Assembly (NCBI GenBank): GCA_021776825.1
Contig: JAJFFG010000037.1
Span: forward strand, 2,437 to 66,436
Direction of reading: 5' to 3'
From: Planctomycetota bacterium
GTDB taxonomy: Bacteria; Planctomycetota; JAJSAM01; JAJVHW01
DNA length: 64,000 bases
Of this stretch, positions 55,846-64,000 are shown piece after piece; within the stretch, counting starts at the first letter, position 1, and each line of letters starts with the position of its first letter. The notes below the pieces were generated by a model that did not search any database, was not told the origin of the DNA, and saw only the letters and a program-made list of their open reading frames with translations. The position numbers were made by a program, and so were the translations under genes.

Positions 55846-57101
55846 TGTCCGCCGCGCGCCCGACCGTCGACGACAACCCGCTGCGGAACAGCATGACGTC
55901 AGGGGACAGCAGCGCTCTGCATGCCGACCCCGACGGCGAGTACATGACCCTGAACATGGGTCCGTCGCACCCCTCGACACACGGGGTGCTGCGCATCGTG
56001 CTCGACCTCGACGGCGAGGTGATCATCCGCGCCGTGCCGGACCTCGGCTACCTCCACCGCGGGATGGAGAAGATTGCCGAGACGTATGGCTACAACAAGT
56101 TCATCCCCTACACGGACCGGATGGACTACCTGGCGCCGATCTCGAACAACATCGCCGTCGCCATGGGCATCGAGGCGGTAAACGGGATCGTGCTCCCGCC
56201 GCGCGGTCAGGCCATCCGTGTGATCTGCTGCGAGCTGGCCCGCATCAGCGCCCACCTGCTGGGCCTCGGCGCCTTCGCGATGGACGTCGGCGCGATGACG
56301 GTCTTCCTCTACACCTTCCGCGAGCGCGAGGTCATCTACGACTTCATGGAGTCGCTCACCGGCGCGCGGTTCACCGTCAGCTTCACGCGTGTGGGCGGGC
56401 TGGCGCGCGATCTGCCCGATGGCTGGGCCGAATCCGTCCGGCGCTTCGCCGAGCGCATCCCGAAGACGGTTGAGACCGACATCGAGAACATGCTCACGAC
56501 CAACCGCATCTGGGTCGACCGACTCCAGGGGGTGGGCGTGATCCCGAAGGACGTCGCGATGTCCTACGGCATGACGGGCCCCTGCCTGCGTGGCTCCGGA
56601 GTCGAGTGGGACCTGCGCAAAGAGCAGCCGTACCTCGGCTACGAGAACTACGACTTCGACGTTCCCGTCGGCGAGCACGGCGATGCGTACGACCGTTACC
56701 TCTGCCGCATCGAGGAGATCAAGCAGAGCGCCAGCATCATCCAGCAGGCGATCGCGAAGCTCCCCGACGGTCCGATCTCGGTCGAGGACCACAAGGTCAC
56801 GCTCCCGGAGAAGACCAAGGTCCTGACGAGCATGGAAGAGCTGATCCACCAGTTCATGGTGGTCACCGAGGGGCCGGCGCTGCCCCCGGGGGAGCGCTAC
56901 TTCGGGTTCGAGAACCCCAAGGGTGAGCTCGGCTTCTACGTGAAGACGGACGGCACCGGTCGACCGCATCGGCTGCGGATGCGCGCGCCGTCGTTCGTGA
57001 ACCTGGGCATCATCCCGTACGCCTTCGACCGCGCGATGGTGGCCGACACCGTCGCGATCCTCGGGAGCCTGGACTTTGTGATGGGGGAGTGCGACCGATG
57101 A
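55845..57101 (+). CDS. nuoD: NADH-quinone oxidoreductase subunit D
   Basis: ATGA overlap with nuoC. MTLNMGPSHPSTHGVLRIVLDLDGEVI... 418 aa. Confidence 0.95.
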   Translation: MSAARPTVDDNPLRNSMTSGDSSALHADPDGEYMTLNMGPSHPSTHGVLRIVLDLDGEVIIRAVPDLGYLHRGMEKIAETYGYNKFIPYTDRMDYLAPISNNIAVAMGIEAVNGIVLPPRGQAIRVICCELARISAHLLGLGAFAMDVGAMTVFLYTFREREVIYDFMESLTGARFTVSFTRVGGLARDLPDGWAESVRRFAERIPKTVETDIENMLTTNRIWVDRLQGVGVIPKDVAMSYGMTGPCLRGSGVEWDLRKEQPYLGYENYDFDVPVGEHGDAYDRYLCRIEEIKQSASIIQQAIAKLPDGPISVEDHKVTLPEKTKVLTSMEELIHQFMVVTEGPALPPGERYFGFENPKGELGFYVKTDGTGRPHRLRMRAPSFVNLGIIPYAFDRAMVADTVAILGSLDFVMGECDR

Positions 57102-57625
57102 GCGTGGGGACCGGTCCGACGTTCACGGATGAACAGGCCGCCGCGGCCGACGCCAAGGCGTCGTTCGGCGATCTGCGTCCGCGTCTCGAGACACTCGTCG
57201 CGCGCTATCCCGAGCGTCGCGCAGCCATGCTGCCCGTGCTCTGGGAGGTCCAGACCGCGCGCGGCTGGCTCACGCCGACGTCGATCCGCGAGATCGCGGA
57301 CTATCTCGGCACACCGCAGGCCCACGTCGAAGGCGTCATCACCTTCTACACCATGTTCAAGGACGTCCCCGTCGGGCAGGACGTGGTGATGGTCTGCAAG
57401 ACGCTCTCGTGCCGACTCCGCGGCGCCCAGGAGGTCATCGACGCACTCGAGGACCGCTACGGGATCGAGCTCGGCGGCACGACGTCCGACGGCCGCTACA
57501 CGATCGACGAGGCCGAGTGCCTCGGCCTCTGCGACATGGCGCCCTGCATGCTCGTCGTCGACGGCGCGCGGCACGGCAATCTGACGCCCGAGAGCGCCGT
57601 CCAGGCGCTGGAAGGTGGTCGCTGA
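57098..57625 (+). CDS. nuoE: NADH-quinone oxidoreductase subunit E (24 kDa, 2Fe-2S)
   Basis: Cys ligands CKTLSC...CLGLCDMAPC. Start ATG 57098 (ATGA overlap) or GTG 57089. Confidence 0.9.
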   Translation: MSVGTGPTFTDEQAAAADAKASFGDLRPRLETLVARYPERRAAMLPVLWEVQTARGWLTPTSIREIADYLGTPQAHVEGVITFYTMFKDVPVGQDVVMVCKTLSCRLRGAQEVIDALEDRYGIELGGTTSDGRYTIDEAECLGLCDMAPCMLVVDGARHGNLTPESAVQALEGGR

Positions 57626-58944
57626 TGGGCCTTCGCGATCGTCTGCTCCAACACGCCCCGCCGATCGGCTCGAGTCAGTCGTACGACGACTACGTCGCAT
57701 CGGGCGGGTACCAGGGTCTGAAGAAGGCCCTCGGCATGGAGCCCGACGCCGTCACGCAGATGGTGCTCGAGGCCGGGGTTCGCGGGCGCGGTGGCGCGGG
57801 CTTCCCCGCCGGGCGCAAGTGGAGCTTTGTCCCGAAGGGCACGGGCAAGCCCGTGTACCTCGCGTGCAACGCCGACGAGTCGGAGCCCGGCTGCTTCAAG
57901 GATCGCCAGATCATGGAGCGTGTGCCGCACCTCCTGATCGAGGGCTGCGTCGCTGCGTGTCACGCGATCGGCGCGCAGATCGCCTACATCTACGTTCGTG
58001 GCGAGTACCCACAGTCGATCGCGGCGCTCGAGGCTGCGCTGGTCGAGGCGCGCGAGAAGGGCACCGTCGGCAGCGACGTGATGGGCAGCGGCTGGGCGTG
58101 CGACGTCTGGGTCCACAAGGGCGCCGGCGCGTACATCTGCGGCGAAGAGACGGGACTGCTGTCGTCGCTCGAGGGTGGCCGCGGCTACCCGCGCATCAAG
58201 CCGCCGTTCCCCGCCGTCGAGGGCCTGTGGCGCTCGCCGACGATCATCAACAACGTCGAGACGCTCGCGAACGTGCCGCTCATCGTCCGCGACGGTGTCG
58301 AGGCCTTCAAGTCGGTTGGCAACGACGACACCACGGGCACGCGTCTGGTCGGCATCTCCGGCCACGTCGAGAACCCGTGTGACGTCGAGATCGATCCGGC
58401 GACGACCACGATCCGCGACCTCATCGAGACACACGCCGGCGGCGTGTGGAAGGGTCGCAAGCTGAAGGCGGTCATCCCCGGCGGCTCGTCCGTCCCGGTG
58501 ATGCCGGCCGACGCCATCGACGTGCCGTTCACCTACGGCGCAGTGCGCGACGCGGGCAGCCTCGCGGGCGCCGCGGGCGTGATCGTCATGGACGAGACGA
58601 CCTGCATGGTCGACGCGCTGCTGAACCTCATGCAGTTCTATCACCACGAGAGCTGCGGTCAGTGCACGCCGTGCCGCGAGGGCACGGGCTGGCTCGAGAA
58701 GCTCGTGACGCGGATCTGGAAGGGCGAGGGCCGGCCCTCGGACATCGACCTGCTCGACAGCGTGGCCGACACGATCGGCGGCGCTCAGAACGGGAAGACG
58801 ATCTGCTTCCTGGCGGACTCCGCGGTGATGCCGACGAAGTCCTTCCTGAAGCACTTCCGCGGCGACTTTGTCGCGGCCGTCGAGAACGGCGGCTCGCCCG
58901 TCTGGAAGGCGCAGGAAGCGCGCCGTGCGAAGGTGAGTGCGTAG
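57625..58944 (+). CDS. nuoF: NADH-quinone oxidoreductase subunit F (51 kDa, FMN/NADH)
   Basis: GRGGAGFPAGRKW FMN site, ESCGQCTPCREG 4Fe-4S motif. 439 aa. Confidence 0.95.
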   Translation: MGLRDRLLQHAPPIGSSQSYDDYVASGGYQGLKKALGMEPDAVTQMVLEAGVRGRGGAGFPAGRKWSFVPKGTGKPVYLACNADESEPGCFKDRQIMERVPHLLIEGCVAACHAIGAQIAYIYVRGEYPQSIAALEAALVEAREKGTVGSDVMGSGWACDVWVHKGAGAYICGEETGLLSSLEGGRGYPRIKPPFPAVEGLWRSPTIINNVETLANVPLIVRDGVEAFKSVGNDDTTGTRLVGISGHVENPCDVEIDPATTTIRDLIETHAGGVWKGRKLKAVIPGGSSVPVMPADAIDVPFTYGAVRDAGSLAGAAGVIVMDETTCMVDALLNLMQFYHHESCGQCTPCREGTGWLEKLVTRIWKGEGRPSDIDLLDSVADTIGGAQNGKTICFLADSAVMPTKSFLKHFRGDFVAAVENGGSPVWKAQEARRAKVSA

Positions 58945-60603
58945 ATGGCCGACGAGCTCGTCAAGCTGACCATCGACGGCCGCGAGGTCGAGGTGCCGCG
59001 CGGCACGAAGGTCATCGAGGCCGTGCGCGACATGGGTTCGGACGTGCCGCACTACTGCTGGCACCCGGGCCTGACCGTCGCGGGCAACTGCCGCATCTGC
59101 ATGGTCGAGGTCGACATGGGCCGCGGTCGCCAGACCGTCATCTCGTGCAACCTCGACTGCTCGCCCGGCATGCAGGTCTTCACGCAGAGCGATCCTGCCA
59201 AGCAGGCGCGCCAAGACGTGATGGAACTGCTCCTCATCAACCACCCGCTGGACTGCCCGATCTGCGATCAGGCCGGCGAGTGCAAGCTGCAGGAGTACAG
59301 CTTCGAGTTCGGCGCCGACGGCTCGCGCTTCGAGTTCCCGAAGGTGCACAAGCCGAAGCACGTCGACTTCTCGGAGCACGTGAAGTTCGATGCCGAGCGC
59401 TGCATCCTCTGCACGCGTTGCGTGCGCTTCTGCGACGAGATCGCGGGCGAGGACGAGCTCTCGATCGTCAACCGCGGCGACCGCAACGAGATCGCGGTGG
59501 CGCGCGGCGGCGAGATGACGAACGCGTACCAACTGAACACCGTCGACATCTGTCCGGTGGGGGCGCTGACGTCGACCGACTTCCGCTTCAAGAGCCGCGT
59601 CTGGTTCCTGAAGCAGACGCGCTCGGTCTGCGGCTCCTGCTCACGTGGTTGCAACACGACCGTCGGCACGCGCTGGAACAAGGTGCTGCGGATGGTTCCG
59701 GCCGAGAACGACGACGTGAACCAGTGGTGGATGTGCGACGCCGGGCGTCTCGCGTTCAAGCACACGGCGGCCGACGAACGCCTCGGCGCCCCGATGGTGC
59801 GCAAGGACGGCAAGCTCGTCGAGGCCAGTTGGGACGAGGCGCTCTCCGCGGCCGTCGAGGGCCTCGAGGCCGCGGGCGATGGACTGTTCGCGCTCGTCTC
59901 CGCCCGTCTCACCAACGAGGAACTCTTCCTCGCGCGCGGCATCCTCGACAAGGTCGGAACGCAGCACGTCGACTTCAAGCCGCGCACGTGGCCGAAGGAC
60001 GACCTGCTGCGCACCGGCGACGGCAACCCGAACGCCGCTGGAGCGCGCTTCTTCGGAATCGCGCCTGGAGACGGTGCTCACGGGCTGGAAGCGCTCGCGG
60101 AGTCCGGCCTGAAGGCCGCGTTCCTCTGCGGCGAGGACCTCGACGAGCGTCCCGACGATCTCGCAGCGCTCGAGGCGATGGACTTCGTGCTCTGCACGGG
60201 CTTCCACGAGACCGAGACGATGCGCCGCTGTGCGAGCGTCGTGCTGCCAGGCGTCACGGAGTTCGAGAAGGACGGCTCCTTCACGAACATCGATGGCCGC
60301 ATGCAGCGCATCCAGCCCTCGCTCAGCGCGCCCGGCTCGGCGCGCCCCGACTGGAAGCTCCTCGGCCAGCTCCTGGCGCGACTCGGCGGCGGCGAGGCCC
60401 CGCGCAGCGCGGATCAGGTGCTGAAGTCGATGGGCGCCACGCATCCGGAACTCGAGGGCCTCTCCCTCGGTCGCCTCGGCCCGCTCGGCAAGTCGCTGCC
60501 GCAGGGCGAGAGCCCTGTGACGGAAGGTGAGAACACTGTGACGGCAGGTGAGAACACCGTGACGGAAGGTGAGAACACCGTGACGGAGGGCGCGTCCGCG
60601 TGA
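58945..60603 (+). CDS. nuoG: NADH-quinone oxidoreductase subunit G (short, 552 aa) with C-terminal GENTVTE heptapeptide repeats
   Basis: 2Fe-2S CWHPGLTVAGNCRIC, His/Cys 4Fe-4S HPLDCPICDQAGEC, CILCTRCVRFC. Repeat tail VTEGENTVTAGENTVTEGENTVTEGASA. Confidence 0.9.
   Translation: MADELVKLTIDGREVEVPRGTKVIEAVRDMGSDVPHYCWHPGLTVAGNCRICMVEVDMGRGRQTVISCNLDCSPGMQVFTQSDPAKQARQDVMELLLINHPLDCPICDQAGECKLQEYSFEFGADGSRFEFPKVHKPKHVDFSEHVKFDAERCILCTRCVRFCDEIAGEDELSIVNRGDRNEIAVARGGEMTNAYQLNTVDICPVGALTSTDFRFKSRVWFLKQTRSVCGSCSRGCNTTVGTRWNKVLRMVPAENDDVNQWWMCDAGRLAFKHTAADERLGAPMVRKDGKLVEASWDEALSAAVEGLEAAGDGLFALVSARLTNEELFLARGILDKVGTQHVDFKPRTWPKDDLLRTGDGNPNAAGARFFGIAPGDGAHGLEALAESGLKAAFLCGEDLDERPDDLAALEAMDFVLCTGFHETETMRRCASVVLPGVTEFEKDGSFTNIDGRMQRIQPSLSAPGSARPDWKLLGQLLARLGGGEAPRSADQVLKSMGATHPELEGLSLGRLGPLGKSLPQGESPVTEGENTVTAGENTVTEGENTVTEGASA
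60517..60597 (+). repeat. 21-bp tandem repeat (gtgacggaaggtgagaacacc x3.5) at the 3' end of nuoG
   Basis: Read directly. Units at 60517, 60538, 60559 and a partial copy at 60580. Confidence 0.9.
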
Positions 60604-61769
60604 ACCCGCTCCTCGCGCAACTGACGGCCGCTGAGACGGACGGCTGGTGGGCCGGCTTCCAGGCGTTCTTCGTTGCGCCGGAGAATGCGTGGGCAGTCAG
60701 CCTGCTACTCGTGCTGATCGTTGGCAAGACGATCCCCGGGATGGTCTCGCTGCTCGTGTGGGTCGAGCGCCGCGGTGCCGCGCTGCTCCAGGACCGCCTC
60801 GGGCCGAACCGCGTGGGTCCGTTCGGGATCCTTCAGTCGATCGCCGACCTCGTGAAGTTCATCTTCAAGGAGGACGTGCTCCCCGGGCACGTGAACAAGC
60901 CGATCTTCCTGCTGGCGCCGGCGCTCGCCGTCATCCCGCCGTTGGTCGTGCTCTCGTTCATTCCGTGGGGCGCGAACGTCGCCATCGCCGACGTCGACAC
61001 GGGCATCCTCGCGTGCTTCGCGTTCAGCTCTCTGCACGTGTACTCGGTGTCTCTCGGTGGCTGGGCCAGCAACTCCAAGTACCCGCTCCTCGGCGGCGTG
61101 CGCGCGGCCGCGCAGATGATCTCGTACGAGATCGCACTCGGCCTCTCGGCCTTGAGCGTCTTCGTCATCGCCGGGACCCTGCGGCTGCACGACGTCGTGA
61201 TGTTCCAGACCGACGGACTGACGATCGCCGGCACCACGTACGACGCACTGTGGGCGCGCATCCTCGACTGGAACCTCTTCAAGCAGCCGCTCGGAGCGAT
61301 CATCTTCCTGATCGCGGGCTTCGCGGAGACGAACCGGCACCCGTTCGATATGCCCGAGGCCGAGAGCGAACTGGCAGCCGGCTATCACACCGAGTTCTCG
61401 TCGATGAAGTTCGCGCTGTTCTTCCTCGGCGAGTACGCGGCGATGATCGTGATGTCGTCGCTCTTTATCGTGATGTACCTCGGTGGCTGGACGTTCTTCG
61501 GCGTCGAGAACCTGCTCACCGACTGGGTGGCCGAGTATGGCGCGGCGAACCCCGGCTGGATCAACTGGCCGCTCATCGTCGAGGCGCACCTGCACGTCGG
61601 GATCTTCCTCGGCAAACTGGCGTTCCTGCTCTGGTTCTTCATCTGGGTCCGGTGGTCGCTGCCGCGGTTCCGCTACGACCAGCTCATGAGCATCGGTTGG
61701 AAGCGGTTGCTGCCGGCATCGCTGCTCTGGTTCGCGCTGACGGCTGTCGGCGTGGCGTTGGTGAGGTGA
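60600..61769 (+). CDS. nuoH: NADH-quinone oxidoreductase subunit H
   Basis: ATGA overlap with nuoG. LVWVERRGAALLQDRLGPNRVGPFGILQSIADLVKF... Confidence 0.95.
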   Translation: MNPLLAQLTAAETDGWWAGFQAFFVAPENAWAVSLLLVLIVGKTIPGMVSLLVWVERRGAALLQDRLGPNRVGPFGILQSIADLVKFIFKEDVLPGHVNKPIFLLAPALAVIPPLVVLSFIPWGANVAIADVDTGILACFAFSSLHVYSVSLGGWASNSKYPLLGGVRAAAQMISYEIALGLSALSVFVIAGTLRLHDVVMFQTDGLTIAGTTYDALWARILDWNLFKQPLGAIIFLIAGFAETNRHPFDMPEAESELAAGYHTEFSSMKFALFFLGEYAAMIVMSSLFIVMYLGGWTFFGVENLLTDWVAEYGAANPGWINWPLIVEAHLHVGIFLGKLAFLLWFFIWVRWSLPRFRYDQLMSIGWKRLLPASLLWFALTAVGVALVR

Positions 61770-61773
61770 CCCG

Positions 61774-62343
61774 ATGAGCTACGTCAAGGTGTCCCGTCGC
61801 GAGCTGACTCTGGCTGAGAAGCTCTACCTGCCGTCGATCCTCGCCGGTCTGAAGAACACGATGTCGCACCTGCTACGGCGGGGCGACAACGAGATCACGA
61901 CCATGCAGTACCCCGAGGAAAAGTGGGACCTGCCCAGCTACTACCGCGGCGTACCGGTGCTCGTGAAGGATGAGGACGAGCGCGAGAAGTGCGTGGCGTG
62001 CTCGCTCTGCGAGTTCGTGTGCCCCCCGCGCGCCATCTCGATCATCCCCAAGCAGATCGAGGGAGTGGTCGAGAAGGCGCCCGAGGTCTTCGACATCGAC
62101 ATGCTGCGCTGCATCTTCTGCGGCTACTGCGAGGAGGTGTGCCCTGAGCAGGCCATCTTCATGTCGAAGGAGTACGAGATCTGCGGGCAGACCCGCGAGG
62201 AGCTCGTCTATCCGATGGACAAGCTCTACGAGCTCGGCAAGACGCTCGGGACGGACGGCGGTGTGAAGGACGCACCGAAGAAGTGGGAGACGCTCGCACG
62301 CGAGCAGGGTCAACAGGGGCTGGCGTCCGACCAGGACGCCTAG
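61774..62343 (+). CDS. nuoI: NADH-quinone oxidoreductase subunit I (2x 4Fe-4S ferredoxin)
   Basis: CVACSLCEFVCP and CIFCGYCEEVCP motifs. Confidence 0.95.
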   Translation: MSYVKVSRRELTLAEKLYLPSILAGLKNTMSHLLRRGDNEITTMQYPEEKWDLPSYYRGVPVLVKDEDEREKCVACSLCEFVCPPRAISIIPKQIEGVVEKAPEVFDIDMLRCIFCGYCEEVCPEQAIFMSKEYEICGQTREELVYPMDKLYELGKTLGTDGGVKDAPKKWETLAREQGQQGLASDQDA

Positions 62344-62358
62344 AGGGAAGACGAAGCG

Positions 62359-62889
62359 TTGGATCCTTGGACCTTCTGGTTGGGCGGAACGCTCGTTCTC
62401 ACGAGCGGGCTGATGACGGTCACGCGGCGCAACGCCGTGTCGAGCGTGCTCTGGCTCGTCGTCGCGTTCCTGGGGATGTCCGCGCTGTTCCTCGGGATGG
62501 ATGCGGGCTTCATCGGCGTGATCCAGGTGCTGGTCTACGCCGGCGCGATCATGGTCCTGTTCCTGTTCGTCATCATGCTCTTGAACCTCACGCCGAGCGG
62601 CCTGCTGCGTGTGGATCGACCACGCATGAAGGCCGCGGGCCTCGCCGCTGGCGTCGCGTTCGTGGCGCTTATCGTCGCCATTGTCACCGGCGGCGCGCTC
62701 TGGACTCGCGGCAGTGGCGACGAGGCCGCGATCCTCGCTCGCACGGGCTCCGAGAAGCTCGTCGAAGGCAGCGTCCTCGATATCGCCGACGCGCTGTTCA
62801 CCGACCACCTGCTCCCGTTCGAACTCGCCTCGGTGCTGCTGCTCGTGGCCATCATCGGCGCCGTCGCCCTCACCAAGAGGAGGCTGTAG
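62359..62889 (+). CDS. nuoJ: NADH-quinone oxidoreductase subunit J
   Basis: 176 aa, 5 TM helices, VLVYAGAIMVLFLFVIMLL. Confidence 0.9.
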   Translation: MDPWTFWLGGTLVLTSGLMTVTRRNAVSSVLWLVVAFLGMSALFLGMDAGFIGVIQVLVYAGAIMVLFLFVIMLLNLTPSGLLRVDRPRMKAAGLAAGVAFVALIVAIVTGGALWTRGSGDEAAILARTGSEKLVEGSVLDIADALFTDHLLPFELASVLLLVAIIGAVALTKRRL

Positions 62890-63198
62890 GTGGCCGACAT
62901 CACCACCAGTCACTACATCGTCCTCTCGGCGCTCATCTTCGCCGTCGGGCTCTTCGGCGTCGTCACGCGGAAGAACACCGTCATCATCCTGATGAGCCTC
63001 GAGCTGATGCTGAACGGCACGAACCTCGCGTTCGTCGCGTTCAGTCGTCACTGGGGCAACCTGCAGGGCCAGGTCTTCACGTTCTTCGTGATCGCCGTGG
63101 CCGCCGCCGAGGCCGCCGTGGCCCTCGCGATCATCATCGCGCTCAATCGCGTTCGGAAGGGTGTGACCCTCGATGAGGCGACGGAGCTGAAGGGCTGA
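62890..63198 (+). CDS. nuoK: NADH-quinone oxidoreductase subunit K
   Basis: 102 aa, SLELMLNGTNLAFVAFS. GTG start. Confidence 0.9.
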   Translation: MADITTSHYIVLSALIFAVGLFGVVTRKNTVIILMSLELMLNGTNLAFVAFSRHWGNLQGQVFTFFVIAVAAAEAAVALAIIIALNRVRKGVTLDEATELKG

Positions 63199-64000
63199 TG
63201 ACTCACGAGCTCCTCGGTTACATCGCGCTCTTCGCGCCGTTCGTCGCGGCGTGCGTGATCACGTTGTTCACGCTGCGTTCGAAGGCGACATCCGGCGGCA
63301 TCGCGCTCGCGGGCATCGTCGCCGCGCTCGTCGCGACGGTGCTCATCGCCGTCGACGTGTTCCCCGCGGAGCCGACCACGGCTGCCTACGAGATCGAGTG
63401 GCTCGCGGTCGGCGGCGTCACGATCCCGTTCGGCATCCAGATCGACGCGCTGTCGATCCTGATGTCGCTCATCGTGACGGGCGTCGGCTCGTGCATCTTC
63501 CTCTACAGCACGGGCTACATGAAGGGTGAGGACGGGTACTCGCGGTACTTCGCCTGCCTGTCGCTCTTCGCCTTCTCCATGCAGGGCATCGTCTTCAGCA
63601 CGAACCTGGTGCAGACGTTCATGTTCTGGGAACTCGTGGGCGTCAGCAGCTACGCGCTGATCGGCTACTACTTCCACAAGCCGGCGGCCGTGGATGCGGG
63701 CAAGAAGGCCTTCCTCACGAACCGCATCGGCGACTTCGGGATGACGGTCGGCATCCTGTTGCTCTTCTACACACTGGTGCAGGCGAGCGAGACGATCAGC
63801 GGGGTCACGGCGAGCTTCACGTTCGACCACATCCGCGCGATCTACCAGGACGAGGCGATCTGGACGCAGCTCGTGCAGTCGCACGAGACGGCGCTGATGT
63901 GGGCCGGACTTCTGATCTTCACCGGCGCGGTCGCCAAGTCCGCGCAGGTGCCGCTGCATGTGTGGCTGCCGGACGCCATGGAGGGCCCGACGCCTGTCTC
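63198..64000 (+). CDS. nuoL: NADH-quinone oxidoreductase subunit L (5' partial, runs off window end)
   Basis: ATGA overlap with nuoK. MTHELLGYIALFAPF...VQTFMFWELVGVSSYALIGYYFHKPAAVDAGKKAFLTNRIGDFG...HVWLPDAMEGPTPV. Confidence 0.9.
   Translation, partial: MTHELLGYIALFAPFVAACVITLFTLRSKATSGGIALAGIVAALVATVLIAVDVFPAEPTTAAYEIEWLAVGGVTIPFGIQIDALSILMSLIVTGVGSCIFLYSTGYMKGEDGYSRYFACLSLFAFSMQGIVFSTNLVQTFMFWELVGVSSYALIGYYFHKPAAVDAGKKAFLTNRIGDFGMTVGILLLFYTLVQASETISGVTASFTFDHIRAIYQDEAIWTQLVQSHETALMWAGLLIFTGAVAKSAQVPLHVWLPDAMEGPTPV

Overview
This is a high-GC (~70%) bacterial chromosomal window, dense with genes and mostly arranged in ATGA/GTGA-coupled operons. The lineage cannot be assigned from the sequence alone.

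Gene content, 5' to 3':
- A membrane-anchored protein with squalene-cyclase/prenyltransferase-like repeats.
- An eight-gene array of efflux-type ABC transporters on the minus strand (two ABC-2 ATPase/permease pairs, then a membrane-fusion protein, an ATPase and two FtsX-type permeases).
- A GH42-like lipoprotein.
- A DUF3179 lipoprotein gene interrupted by one in-frame TGA.
- MoaE, MoaD, a Cys-less CofH/MqnC-like paralog and a radical-SAM MqnC/MqnE enzyme (futalosine menaquinone pathway), then DoxX and a long-form IspG.
- A FecR + FGE-sulfatase domain protein and a CHASE2 class III nucleotide cyclase.
- A PspA/IM30 gene immediately followed by a classical AAA+ ATPase.
- A repeat-flanked block encoding an alpha/beta hydrolase, a YqiJ/NfeD-like membrane protein, a flotillin and a 1791-aa AAA_5-like giant ATPase.
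- An FKBP isomerase, a GT39 glycosyltransferase, Mrp/ApbC, an M1+M28 fusion peptidase, a Ser/Thr kinase and an aminopeptidase N with a KKAP-repeat tail.
- The nuoA to nuoL operon, with nuoL running off the window end.

Non-coding structure is dominated by a GC-rich palindromic REP/MITE-like composite repeat family present at four loci. Two of these copies bracket the flotillin block. There is also a 247-bp tandem duplication between two convergent genes, and there are short in-gene tandem repeats in nuoG and pepN.

The observations most worth follow-up are the candidate selenocysteine/UGA site in the DUF3179 gene, the PspA + AAA+ (ESCRT-III/Vps4-like) pair, and the repeat-flanked flotillin + giant-ATPase module. 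No rRNA, tRNA or CRISPR array was found.
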